Shown: one piece after another, positions 11,706 through 23,003 of the stretch
How the letters are laid out: the number at the start of each line of letters is the position of its first letter
Numbering within the stretch: the stretch's first letter is position 1
Assembly: GCA_016618085.1 (NCBI GenBank)
Contig: JABLTG010000019.1
Coordinates: 1 to 64,000 of the forward strand
DNA from: Neovahlkampfia damariscottae
Lineage: Eukaryota
Reading direction: 5' to 3'
Length of the DNA: 64,000 nt
Translations under genes and position numbers: made by a program
Notes under the pieces: generated by a model
Told to the model about the DNA's origin: nothing
Seen by the model: the letters and a program-made list of their open reading frames with translations, nothing else
Database searches by the model: none

Positions 11706-14700
11706 ATGGGCAAAACAAAAAAGAACCAAAAGAAGAAAAACTTTGACGACGAAGAAGATGAAGAACCAAAAATGGACGTCGTAGCTGAAGAAGAAAATGA
11801 AGATTTTTCAAAATCAGCTCAAAACAAAAAAAAGAATAAAAAGAATAAAAAAAAGAAGGATGAATCTGATGATGATGAAGAAGAAGCAAAATTGAAACAA
11901 CTTGAAAAAAAATTACAAGATGAACAATTGGAAGACGATGAGTGGGAAGTACATACAAAAAAACCAAAAAAAAACAGAAAGAATAAAGGTATTGTAGATG
12001 AGGATTCTGATGATGATGAAGAAGAAGAAGAATTCAAACCACAAGTTATTGAACAACCAAAGAAAAATAAAAAAAAAAAGAAAGAAGCTGTTAAAAACAC
12101 ATTTGCTGCTCTTGATGATGATGATGAAGATGATTTGAATGATGAAGATTTAGAAGAAGAACTTAGAAGATTAGAAGCTGAATTAGCAGAAGCTGAGTTA
12201 GATGATGAAGATTTAGAAGATTCTGAAGATGAAGAAGAAAAAAAAAGAAAAGAAGAAGAAGAGAAGAAAAAGAAACAAAAGAAAGAGTTAACTGATGAAG
12301 AAAAAAAACAAAAAAAAAAAGAAGAGCAAAAAAGAAAGAAGGAAAAAGAAAAAGCTGAAAAATTAAAGAAACAACAAGAAGAAGAAGCTAGAAAGAAAAA
12401 ACAAGAAAAAAAGAATCCTAAAAAAAAAGATGAAAAGAAAGAAGCTCCAAAAAAATTAAATCCAAAACTTGAAGCTTTGAAAGCAGAACAAGAAGCAAAA
12501 AAAAAAGCAGAAGAAGAAGCTAAAAGAAGAGCAGAAGAAGAAAGAAAAAGACTTGAAGAACAGATCAAACTTGCTGAAGAAGAAAGAAGAAGACAAGAAG
12601 CACAAAAATTAAAAGAGAAAAAAGAAAAACTTGAAGCAATTAAACTCCAAAAGAAAAAAGGTACTTTCATGACAAAAAAACAAAAAGAACAACAAAAAGC
12701 TAATGAACATAAAATTGAAATGTTAAAAAAACAAGGTCTTGTTGCTGCTTTAGTTGAAGATACAAACAAACCAAAACCAAAAGGAAAACCAAAAAAACCT
12801 AAAAAAGAAGAAACAAAACAAGAGAAAAAAGAAGAAAAAGTTGAAAAAGAAGAATCTGATGATGATATGGGTTGGGAAGATTTAGACTCTGAAGAAGAAG
12901 AAGCAGAAAAAAAAGAAGAAAAAGTTGAAGAAGTTAAAGAAATAGTAAAAGAAGAAACAAAAGAAGAACAACTTAAAAAAGAATTACGTTCACCAATTTG
13001 TGTTGTTTTAGGTCACGTTGATACAGTAAATTCATTTGTTTTTATTAACAAATTTTTAAAAAGGGAAAAACTAAAATTTTGGATAAAATTAGAAGAACAA
13101 ATGTTCAAGATGGAGAAGCAGGTGGTATTACACAACAAATTGGTGCTACATTTGTTCCAATGTATGCAATTGAAAAACAAACAGCTTCATTAAATGAATT
13201 ATACAAATTAAAACTTAAAATTCCTGGATTATTAATCATTGATACACCTGGTCATGAATCATTTACAAATTTAAGAACAAGAGGATCTTCATTATGTGAT
13301 ATTGCTATTTTAGTTGTTGATATTCTTCATGGTTTAGAAAATCAAACACTTGAATCACTTCAACTTTTAAGACAAAGAAAAACACCTTTTGTTGTTGCTT
13401 TGAATAAAGTTGATACTTGTACTGAATGGATTTCTCATCCAAATACACCAATTCAAGATAGTTTGAAGGAACAACCATCATCAGCTATTCAACATTTTGA
13501 AGAAAGAGTTAAGCACACAATTGGACTTTTTCAATTACAAGGTATCAATTCAAACTTGTACTACAAAAACAAAGACATGAAAAATACTTTAAATTTAGTT
13601 CCAACAAGTGCTATTACAGGTGAAGGTTTACCAGATTTATTAATGTTAATGACTCAATTGACTCAAAAACATATGGCTGAAAAAATTAAAGTTCAAAAGA
13701 ATGATTTTCAATGTACGCTTTTAGAAGTTAAAGTTATTCCTGGTCTTGGAACTACAATTGATGTTATTTTGACTCAAGGTAAATTAAGAGAAAAAGATAA
13801 AATTGTCATTTGTACACTTAATGGAGCTGTTGTCACAAATATTCGTGCTTTATTAACACCACAACCAATGAAGGAATTAAGAGTAAAAGGTGAATATGTT
13901 CATCATAAAGAAATTTATGCTGCTCAAGGTATTAAAATTGCTGGTCAAGATTTAGATGGTGCTATTCCAGGATCACCTGTACTTCTTGTTACAAATGAAG
14001 AAGATATTGATGATTTGAAAGATGAAGTTATGAAAGATTTGGAATCACTTTTATCTCACATGTCAAAAGTTGATAGAGGTGTTTGTGTTCAAGCATCAAC
14101 ACTTGGTTCATTAGAAGCTCTTTTAGCATTTCTTGAACAATCAAAAATTCCAGTAATGGGAATTAGTATTGGACCTGTTCATAGAAAAGATGTTATTAAA
14201 GCATCAACAATGGTTGATTCACATCCAGAATATGCTTTAATTCTTGCTTTTGATGTTCAAATTACAAAAGAAGCTAATGATGCAAAAGATAAATTTGGAG
14301 TTAAAATCTTTGATGCAAATATCATTTATCATTTATTTGATAAATTCACAGCACATATGAAACAAATTAAAGAACAAAAGAAAATAGAAAGTGCACAAAA
14401 GGCTGTATTTCCATGTAGTCTTAAAATTGTTGATTGCTTCCATAACAGAGATCCAATTACTCTTGGTGTTGATGTTGTTGATGGAAAACTCAAAGTTGGA
14501 ACACCTTTATGTATTCATTATCCAGCAACAAAGGAGGAAGATGAACATATTTTAGAAATTGGAAAAGTTGCTTCTATTCAAGAAAAAAAAATAGCAAAAC
14601 AAGAAGCAGGAAAAGGAGCTTCTGTTGCTATTCAATTATCATCTAAAAACAAAGGATTACAATATGGAAGACATTTCAATGATCAAAGACCAATTTATAG

Positions 14701-14830
14701 TAAATTGACTAGAGAATCAATTGATTTGTTGAAAGAGAACTTTTTTGAAGAACTTCAACATGAAGATAAACTTTTGATTCAACAATTGAAAAAGACATTC
14801 GGTATTTCAAATCCAATGAGAGCAAAATAA
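11706..14830 (+). CDS. EIF5B: Translation initiation factor eIF5B
   Basis: Charged N-terminal region, LRSPICVVLGHVDT|GKT across one intron, GEAGGITQQIGAT, DTPGHESF, NKVD. Confidence 0.98.
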
Positions 14831-14838
14831 AATTTTTA

Positions 14839-15694
14839 TCATCCTTTACAACAACTGAAACCTTCTTGTCCATTTTGACCTGGTTTTACTGGAGTTGGAT
14901 CTAAAGTAATTACTCCTTTCTTTTTTTCTTGTGTTGTGTCAACATGATTTTCTCTAATCTTTCCCACTAGAAATTCAATTCCTTTGTCGATTCCTACATT
15001 TTCTTTTGCACTTGTTTCAAACCATCCAGCGAATTCATGTTGCATTACAAATTGATCCATATCTTCATTTGATAAACCTTCAGAAATTTGATCTCTTAAA
15101 TCACATTTATTGGCTAACAAAACACAAGGAATTTTTGTATCATCAGGTAAGAAAACTCAAAGAGATGTTAAAAATTTTAAAGACTTTTTTACCTTTACGG
15201 TCAATATCATTTTTCCATTTTTTAACAGCTTCAAAAGTTGTTGTTCTTGTTACATCAAAAACAACAATTGCACCAACAGCTTCCTTATAATACACCTTTG
15301 AAGAAAAGTTAAAAAAGATGTTTTTTTTTTTTACTCTTGTCATATTACCAAATCTTTTTCAAATTTAAGAGTCAAAGAAAAAAATACCTTTCCTGTCCAG
15401 CAATGTCTTGTGAAAAGTTAATTATTTTTTTTTTTACCCCATAACTGAAGACGTATAGTTGTATGGTCATCCGGTTCCAAAACTTTTAAAGCAAAATCAA
15501 CACCAATCTTTCATTTTTTTTTTTGAGTTTTTTTTAAACTTACTGTTGATTTATAAGTTGTTGAAAAAAATTGATGAACGTATCTTTTTACAATGGATGT
15601 TTTTCCAGCACCAATATCACCAACAACTTTTTTTGAGGTTTTTTTTTTTGTGTTTACCTAATATTTTATAAAGATATTCTACTTTCTCTGACAT
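14839..15694 (-). CDS. RAB32: Rab32/38-like small GTPase
   Basis: Spliced (6 introns): GDIGAGKTS, IGVDFALK, WDIAGQERFGNMTRVYY (Rab32/38 signature), LANKCD, WFETSAKEN, C-terminal CC. Confidence 0.9.
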
Positions 15695-15774
15695 GTTATA
15701 TTGAACTGTGGTGTTAGTTTGTCAAACTTTCGAAAATTGATTTGATTGGTCGGTTCTGATTCCAATTGTTTCAA

Positions 15775-16175
15775 CAGATGCAGAAACAAAAATGAATCAA
15801 TAAATTTTTTATTGTTCTATTTTTGATGAAACAGTTTGAATTTTTTTTGTTGGTTGTCTTATAAAATGGAAGATTCAACAATAGATCATTTTTAAAATAA
15901 TCTCTGAGATCAATGATAACTTCTGGGTTTTCGTTTTTCATTTTTATTCTTGGTCTTAAATTTAAACTTTTATTACAGTTTTCATCTTTTTTGACCTATT
16001 GTCAAGATTTTTCTGCAGTTCTCTACTAACTTTTCTTCTATTTTTTGATTTTCTTTGTTTTTGAAGATGTAGTCATGGTTTTTTTCAATTTTTACCAATA
16101 GTCATTTAATTTGTCCACTTTTTTACTTTTCACGAAAATGAGTCTTTCAAATTCTTTCTGCATCTACAATATATA
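15775..16175 (-). pseudogene. Decayed paralog of the small zinc-finger gene at 17456-17792
   Basis: EVIIDLRDYFKNDLLLNLPFYKTTNKKNS matches EIIDLRSYFKNDEFLIMPYYSKIQKKNS; the upstream part has stops and frameshifts. Confidence 0.5.
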
Positions 16176-16186
16176 TTGTTTAAGTT

Positions 16187-16230
16187 GATGTATCGATGGG
16201 TCTTAATGTGTCTCGATGTGTCTTGATGTT
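16187..16230. repeat. Degenerate 10-bp tandem repeat (RATGTGTCTY x about 4)
   Basis: gatgtatc gatgggtctt aatgtgtctc gatgtgtctt gatgtt. Confidence 0.6.
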
Positions 16231-16247
16231 TCATTTTTATTCTTTCT

Positions 16248-16505
16248 TCAAATTTTTTGTTTTTTTTTTGTTTTTGGGACATCTGGATCAAATTTTTCAA
16301 TGTGTTTGATAATTTCTGGATTTAAAATAGATTTTTCTTCTTTTGTCAGTTTTTCGAATGAAGGAGTTGATTCTGTTTTTGTAATTTTTGATGAATACAA
16401 ATTGGTTTTTCGAAGATGGTGGTCCCAAATATGTCTTTTTAGTTTCCAAGAATTGTTGTCAACTTGAACAAATTTGCAATTTTCACAAAGACATTTCAAC
16501 TGCAT
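16248..16505 (-). CDS. Small C2H2-like zinc-finger protein
   Basis: CLCENC...SWKLKRHIWDHHL; paralog of 17456-17792. Confidence 0.6.
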   Translation of the reverse strand: MQLKCLCENCKFVQVDNNSWKLKRHIWDHHLRKTNLYSSKITKTESTPSFEKLTKEEKSILNPEIIKHIEKFDPDVPKTKKKQKI

Positions 16506-16669
16506 CTCTTTTGGAGTTTGATTTCATTGGTTGTCAATAATTATGTGAAAAAGTTCTCTTTGCAGTTTCTAAGGAAGAAAAATTATGAGAAACAAAAAAA
16601 AAAATGAAACAAGAAAAATAGAAATATATTGAAGTTTCACTTTGATTCAGCCAATAGTATCAATTTTCA

Positions 16670-17053
16670 ATGTCAAACAGGTGGGGTGATTACGTTACAG
16701 AAAAAGGAACTCAAATCCTCTTAGATGAACATGAAGTTACTAATGTCAACGGAAGTCAAGATGACAAAGGAGCATGGAAACAATTTTGGATCAAATATGC
16801 ACACAAACAATGGCCACTTGTTTGTCAAATCTATCGTTGCTCCTCTGAAGCAACTGATGGGGCTCACATTTATGTCAAAGGATTTACATCAAACAAGTTC
16901 TATTATATTCTTCCAACTTGTCATTCATGCAATGTAAATGGAACAAAAAAGTATGGTTTAAAAGATGGCTGGATGAATGTGAAGAAAGGATCTGTCTGTG
17001 TAGCTACACCTACTCACGAATCTGTTTTGGTTGAAGGAAAAAGAAAAAAATAA
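16670..17053 (+). CDS. Cys/His-rich HNH/His-Me-finger-like hypothetical protein
   Basis: CQIYRC...GAHIYV...ILPTCHSCN; intronless; CCAAT at 16651. Confidence 0.6.
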   Translation: MSNRWGDYVTEKGTQILLDEHEVTNVNGSQDDKGAWKQFWIKYAHKQWPLVCQIYRCSSEATDGAHIYVKGFTSNKFYYILPTCHSCNVNGTKKYGLKDGWMNVKKGSVCVATPTHESVLVEGKRKK

Positions 17054-17192
17054 AATTTTCTTGTTTTAAACTGTCTAATTCCTCGGACTTGTTGAAACTT
17101 CAAAAGTGTTTATTTTTGGTGTTTGAAATTTCAATTTCTTCTTATTTAATTGTCAGTGAGTTTTTGTGCCAATCAATTTGCTTCTTCTTCAA

Positions 17193-17453
17193 ATGTCAAA
17201 ACTAACCATCTTCAACAACACAATGAAAACTTATCAAGTCTCAGTTGGTGGAAATCAAGGTCCTTTGGGTACTTTTACATTTGGTTCCACTGGTTTATTT
17301 ACTATTAAACCAAATGAACATGAATCATGGAACAGAGGATACAATACAGATATAGAAATCAAAATTTATTCAGAATATGGAATTTTGATAAAAACTGCTA
17401 CAATTCATAGAAATATTGATATTTCTTACAGTATTTCTGGTTTACTTGAATAA
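17193..17453 (+). CDS. Small hypothetical protein (86 aa)
   Basis: Clean ORF with CCAATC at 17169 and stop inside AATAAA. Confidence 0.6.
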   Translation: MSKLTIFNNTMKTYQVSVGGNQGPLGTFTFGSTGLFTIKPNEHESWNRGYNTDIEIKIYSEYGILIKTATIHRNIDISYSISGLLE

Positions 17454-17455
17454 AA

Positions 17456-17792
17456 TCATTTTTTTCGTTTTGAATTTTTTTTTTGAATTTTTGAGTAATA
17501 GGGCATGATTAAAAACTCATCATTTTTAAAATAAGATCGTAAGTCAATGATTTCTTTCTCTTTTTCAATTTTTTTTAGTTTCGCAATTTTTGTTGGATTT
17601 GGTTTTTTGGAGACTTTATATTCGTGTATTTGTAAATTTTCTTCATCTAAAATTGATATTTCTTTGTTGGTAAGTTTTCCAAACAGATGATCAGTCCAAA
17701 TGTGTCTTTTTAACTTCCATGTATCCAAATCACTTCTTTCATAATTACAACCTTCATAGCAACATTTGCAGTCAACTGTCGAATTTTTCATT
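17456..17792 (-). CDS. Small C2H2-like zinc-finger protein
   Basis: CCYEGC...TWKLKRHIWTDHL. Confidence 0.6.
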
Positions 17793-17967
17793 TTCAAACA
17801 CAAATGAAGTGATTGGTTCTATTGGCAATTTTTGAAATTCACTTTTTGATCAATTTTTTTTAAAAGAAATGAAAACCTTAATTGTTTTGTTTTTATTGAG
17901 GTTGGTCATCCTTTTTAAGTTGAACGGAAAAACTCTCTTCACCAATCAAATCACGCTAAATAATCAA

Positions 17968-18813
17968 ATGGAAGTACTACTCCAAGGCTCCAACATTGGT
18001 GAATTTATTTCAAATTTTGATGTAGAAAAGGATGATATATACTGGAATACACCAGATATTCAACATATATTTCCATTTGCTTCAGTTGCTATCTATTTCA
18101 TTTTGGTTTTTCTTCTACAAAAAATTTGGGGCAAAAGAGTACTTCCAGGAATAAAAATCATACTTCCTTTATGGAATGGATTCTTAGCTATATTATCAGT
18201 AGCTATGTTGTTTGGTTTGACCAAATATTGGCTTGAAGTGATCAACGACATTGGATTTGAAAATGCTCTTTGTACAAAAACGGTTTGGTTAAACCATCCA
18301 CTCTCTTTTTGGGCTTATATATTTGCTCTTTCAAAATATTTCGAACTTTTTGATACTTTATGGTTAATTTTAAACGGAAAATCAGTTCCTTTTCTTGTAA
18401 AAAAAAAAAAAAATTAAATTCAACTTAAAAAGCATTGGTGGCATCATATAACAGTTTTATTATTTACTTGGTATTCAGGTGTTTGGTTTTTATCAATAGC
18501 TTTTATTTTTGCAATTATGAACTCTTTCATTCATTCTTTCATGTATACTTATTATTTTTTAATGTCAATAAAAATCAAACCAAGTTGGGCTAAACTTTTA
18601 ACTATCGGTCAAATTACTCAAATGATTATTGGTATTTCAGTTATTTCATGGTTTTTTGTAAAAGTTTATTCAAAAGGTGAAAAATGTCATTGTGATAGAA
18701 CAGATTATTTAGCTATTTCTTGTATTGCAATGTATGGTTCTTATTTGATATTATTTGTTCGTTTTTATATTCAAAGATACATTTTCACAAATGATGATAA
18801 AAAAACAAAATAA
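17968..18813 (+). CDS. Fatty acid elongase (ELO/GNS1/SUR4 family)
   Basis: LSKYFELFDT, FL|HWWHH across an intron, MNSFIHSFMYTYY, C-terminal KKTK ER-retrieval signal. Confidence 0.95.
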
Positions 18814-18921
18814 AACATAAAAACATTCAAAACTTTCATCTTGTTTTGTTGGTTTTGTTAATTTTCTAGAATTCTTCATTTTTTTAACAATGGAAAGGAA
18901 TTTTTTTTATCCAATAAAATC

Positions 18922-19473
18922 ATGCCATTACTGAAATATGAAACGAGTAAAACATCAGAAACAAAAATTTTAATTTTTAAAAACAGAAGGACCAACTGTA
19001 ATCCACGCAAGATGGGGTTTACCAGACAAAAGAGATATTGATGTCACTAGTTCTTTTGTTGATCATTTCAAAAACAATCATGAATCATATGTACTGTATG
19101 ACCATGACCCAAATATATTCAACGATTTAGAAGGAGATCCACTGTTTTTTTTTTTTTTTTTTTTTTTTAATTTTTTCCAAGTCCAAATATAGTCAAAGTC
19201 TTAACTGTAGTTTATTGTTCAGAAGGTTCAAAAAAAAAGAAATGTCAAACGTTATATGAACATGAATCAAATACTTTTCCAAGTGAAGATTTAGAATCTG
19301 ATTTCACTGATGATGATTGTATTGAAAAACCACTTGAAATTATTGAAGAAGAAGTTCCGACAAAAAAAAAGAAATCAAAGAAACCAATTCACTTTGCTCC
19401 AAAAAAGAAAGTTATGCCAAAAAAGCCCACTGTTGATTTATTTCTTTCTGACGATGATGACATATTTCTATAA
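18922..19473 (+). CDS. Hypothetical protein with SUEL-lectin/DNAJC11-C-like motif (157 aa; missed by the ORF track)
   Basis: Introns 18947-18986 and 19144-19181 give VIHARWG..DVT...GDPLPNIVKVLTVVY followed by an acidic/basic tail. Confidence 0.6.
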
Positions 19474-19623
19474 TCGTTGATCAATAAGATTTTATTTGAT
19501 ATCAAAAAAAAAGAATTGGATCAAAATTTAAACCTCTGACTTTCTTCAATTATCACCATTTTTGGAAACTTCATTTTTCCTCCAATCAGATCTGTCTTTA
19601 TCAAAATAGAAACTTTTTGAGCA

Positions 19624-20536
19624 ATGAGCAAGAAACCAAGAAAAAATTCCACTTCTAAAAATCCTTTCTTTGCTTCAACAGCTTCAGTTGAAGATGATTT
19701 TGACTTTTTCAAAGGAAATTCAACTGAAAAAAAAGTCACTTTCAAAACCATGATGAAGGAACATTTTCCGGGTTCAATGTTACTCTCTGATTATATTTCA
19801 AAGATATACAACTCTTTAAAGAAACATGGGTTCAAAGAAAAAAATACGTTACCTTGTGTTTGTACTTGTCGTGATGAAATTGCCTTTGATGTCACAGAAG
19901 AATTTAAAAAATATTACAAAGCAAAACCTTTTGATTTATCATCTTTAGCAGGGTTTCTTTCAAAACTATAATTCTTAACTTTTTGGTAGAATGATGTTTG
20001 GTGGAGTTACTTCATTACAAGCTGCTTTATCACACGCTCCAATGGACAAGGAAGAAAAAGAAAGATATATTTTTGTTGCAATGCCTCATGTTGCCATTTA
20101 TAAAGATGGAGCGATTGGTGTTTGTAAAAGAAAAGGAAGAGAAGAACTCTCACATGCATGTGGAGCTTTACTCAAATTTAAGAACGAATTAGACAAAGCC
20201 AATGAAGAAGGGAATAAATTAGATTTAACATTAGATTTAGACGATATGGAATTATCATTATTAAAACAAAGACTGCTTCCAAAGCTTGAAAAAGACGCTG
20301 ATTTGATTGATATTACAAAAGTATGTCATGACGTCATCAAAGATGATTTTGAAAGAATTCTGAAAAAAGTTATGAAAGAAGAGATAGATTATGCATTTTT
20401 AACAGCTGTTCAAATTCATGGACCAAATGATGAAACGTGGATTTGGCCATATCAACAGAGTGATTTTTTTGTGGTTGAAAATGAACGAAGAAATTTGAAA
20501 TTCACAGATGAAAGAAAAATCGAAGTCGATCAATAA
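19624..20536 (+). CDS. LCIB/LCIC-like (theta-class) carbonic anhydrase (291 aa)
   Basis: CRDEI, SHAP, RYIFVAMPHVAI, ACGAL, VQIHGP; intron 19953-19989. Confidence 0.85.
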
Positions 20537-20802
20537 ATTATTCAAGTCTTGAAATTTAGTTACTGTTTCAAAATTAATTCAAAAAGTAGAGAATTATATT
20601 TGAGAGGCAGTCGAATAAATTGCATGAGTTTTTCCTAATTTCACTGCTTTAATTCTAAATGTCACGGTTCAGGTATTGCAATCTCTTTATCTTTAAACTG
20701 AGGTCAACAAGTAGTAAATCGTTGTTTGACCGTGCAGTCCATCCTAAAGGGAACATTGGATCAAAGAGATATATGAAAGAAACTAAAAGCAATAGATACT
20801 AT

Positions 20803-21279
20803 TTATTGATTATTTTGACATTTTGATTTTATTGCTAATCTAATGATCTTTATCAACATGAAAGTGGAAATGAACACCAAGCTGAACATTTGGCAATTGA
20901 AATTTTCTTTGGCTCCATATTTATCATATAATCTTCTCTTGTCATAATCTAACAATGTTTTCGTTGCTATTATCAATTTTTCTTTGTGATCTGTAGATAC
21001 TGATTTCCCCATTACTTTCTTTGAGTAAGCAATTAAGATTTCTTGTCTTGTAGCTTTTTTTGGAACATTCAAAAGTTCATAATAGTTAATATAAGTTTGA
21101 GTCTTTGAATAAATGATGTAGGAAACCAAAATGATAAAAACTATTCCAAGAAATTTCTTTCCAAGTGATTTACGTTTTTTCTTTGATTCGATCACTTCTG
21201 GGCTTGTAGGATAGTCAAAAGAAGGTTGAATTCCTTTAACTTGTTTTAGTTCCGACGGTGGTTCTTGAAAAACTGTCAT
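20803..21279 (-). CDS. Membrane-anchored DnaJ-like protein lacking the HPD motif
   Basis: TM segment, then NYYELLNVPKKATRQEILIAY...RRLYDKYG; no HPD. Confidence 0.65.
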   Translation of the reverse strand: MTVFQEPPSELKQVKGIQPSFDYPTSPEVIESKKKRKSLGKKFLGIVFIILVSYIIYSKTQTYINYYELLNVPKKATRQEILIAYSKKVMGKSVSTDHKEKLIIATKTLLDYDKRRLYDKYGAKENFNCQMFSLVFISTFMLIKIIRLAIKSKCQNNQ

Positions 21280-21410
21280 TGCTCAATTGAAAACTGTTCT
21301 TTCATTGGATTGATTTATCTAAAAAAATTAAAAACAAGTGTTGATCTTTCATTGGATAAAATTGAATTCCAATAAAAAAGTGATTTTCATATTAATACAG
21401 GTGAACATTT

Positions 21411-22874
21411 TTATTTTATTGTGAAATGCGCAAAATCTGTGCTAAATGAAAACCCTTTTTGCGACTCTTTCTTGGAGTGTTCATTTTCAATTTTATCATA
21501 TTTCTCATCATAGAATTTCCCAGCTAACCTTTCAAGTTGACAGCATTCACGTATGTATCTTTTGAAGCATGTTTGATAATCAGACGGTTTTTCTTTTGAA
21601 TCAAAGAGATCTTTCACATCATATTTTTGAAAGAATAACTGAGCACATGAATTATGGCAAACATGAGGAATTCCACAAACCATTGATCTTTTTCCATTGT
21701 AAACTTTTGTTTTAATAAATAAAGAACCTTGTCTACATTCTTGATTACAAAACAGACAAATAATGGTATCCAGATTATGTTCTATGTTATAACTGAGTTG
21801 AGGTTCGAATTTACTTTTGATCCATGCAAGGTCTTTTCTTTCAACAGAAACTTGTGTGTTGCACAATGGTGAAATGTAAGTGAACTCTTCGTCATCTTTT
21901 GAAAAAACAGAAATTTTGAGTTTTTGGTACTCAGAATCCATTATCATTTCAAATTTATATCCATCTACATTGATTTTCTTTTGTGGAGCAACACAATTCA
22001 ATTTATGTTTGGACCAATCATTTTTCTGACAACTATTTGAACAATATCTGGTTGATTTGCATCTTGAACAAACTAAAAATTTAACATCAACATCTTCTTT
22101 TTTATCACAACAATTACATGAGTATAAATATTCATTTGTAATTTTCTCAATGATATTTTCATCCAATTGTTCACGAAACTCTCTTGATCGAATTGCATCC
22201 ATAATACCAGTAGCCTCATCGGATTCAGGATCTAATTTCAATGCTTTTTCACAATATTCTTTGGCTATTTTTAAATTTTCATTAACACCATCTCCGTTGG
22301 TGTATAATTTAGCCATTCCAATACAACTCAACAGAAAATTTTTTTGTGATCCAAGTTTCCAAACAACATGTGCTTTTTTATATTCTTTTTCAAAAGCAAA
22401 ATAAGAACCTAAATATGAAAGACCTTCTTTATCATAAGGAGATGGAAATTTTGACGCTTGAAGAAACAAGTTGTAATTATTTTTTGTTTTGTTTGTGTCT
22501 AACAAAATTTTTAAATATCCTAGATGACAATCATATTTAGCTTCTTGTTGTCGTTGTTTATCTTCCTCAAAAGTTTCTTTGTTATAAGTTACAAAAGTTG
22601 TCGTAGTTAGACCTTGATAATATAATTCCAATGCTTTTTTAACATTTCCTTCACTATAATATATTCTAGCTAATAAAGAAATTGAAGGTGTGAATGCTCG
22701 ATTTGATGATTTTGATAAATATTGTTTTGCTTTTTCTATATTTTTTTGGCAACCAAGACCATAAAATAATGAAGTTCCTATTAAACACAATAGTGTTGGA
22801 TCATCTGGATGTTGTTTTAATTTATCTAAAATAAATTTCAATTTGTTTGAAGTTGCAACCGGTTTTTTGCTCAT
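21411..22874 (-). CDS. Sel1-repeat + MYND zinc-finger protein
   Basis: GLGCQKNIEKAKQY, GDGVNENLKIAKEY; CNCC...CSRCKSTRYCSNSCQKNDWSKHKLNC. Confidence 0.85.
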   Translation of the reverse strand: MSKKPVATSNKLKFILDKLKQHPDDPTLLCLIGTSLFYGLGCQKNIEKAKQYLSKSSNRAFTPSISLLARIYYSEGNVKKALELYYQGLTTTTFVTYNKETFEEDKQRQQEAKYDCHLGYLKILLDTNKTKNNYNLFLQASKFPSPYDKEGLSYLGSYFAFEKEYKKAHVVWKLGSQKNFLLSCIGMAKLYTNGDGVNENLKIAKEYCEKALKLDPESDEATGIMDAIRSREFREQLDENIIEKITNEYLYSCNCCDKKEDVDVKFLVCSRCKSTRYCSNSCQKNDWSKHKLNCVAPQKKINVDGYKFEMIMDSEYQKLKISVFSKDDEEFTYISPLCNTQVSVERKDLAWIKSKFEPQLSYNIEHNLDTIICLFCNQECRQGSLFIKTKVYNGKRSMVCGIPHVCHNSCAQLFFQKYDVKDLFDSKEKPSDYQTCFKRYIRECCQLERLAGKFYDEKYDKIENEHSKKESQKGFSFSTDFAHFTIK

Positions 22875-23003
22875 CAAGAAATTGAAAATTTGATTGGATG
22901 AAAAAAATATTTTAAAAAGGTGCAAACAAAGGAAATAAATGGAAGAAAAAAATTTGTTCTATCAAAAACACAGATATTGGTATGTGGATTTGATTTCTTT
23001 GAA

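Noticed and set aside
11819..12769. 316-aa minus-strand ORF rich in F/S
   Set aside because: Antisense shadow of the Lys/Glu-rich eIF5B N-terminus.
19144..19170. Long poly-T run as a retroposon tail
   Set aside because: It lies inside a 38-nt intron; similar A/T runs occur in many introns here.
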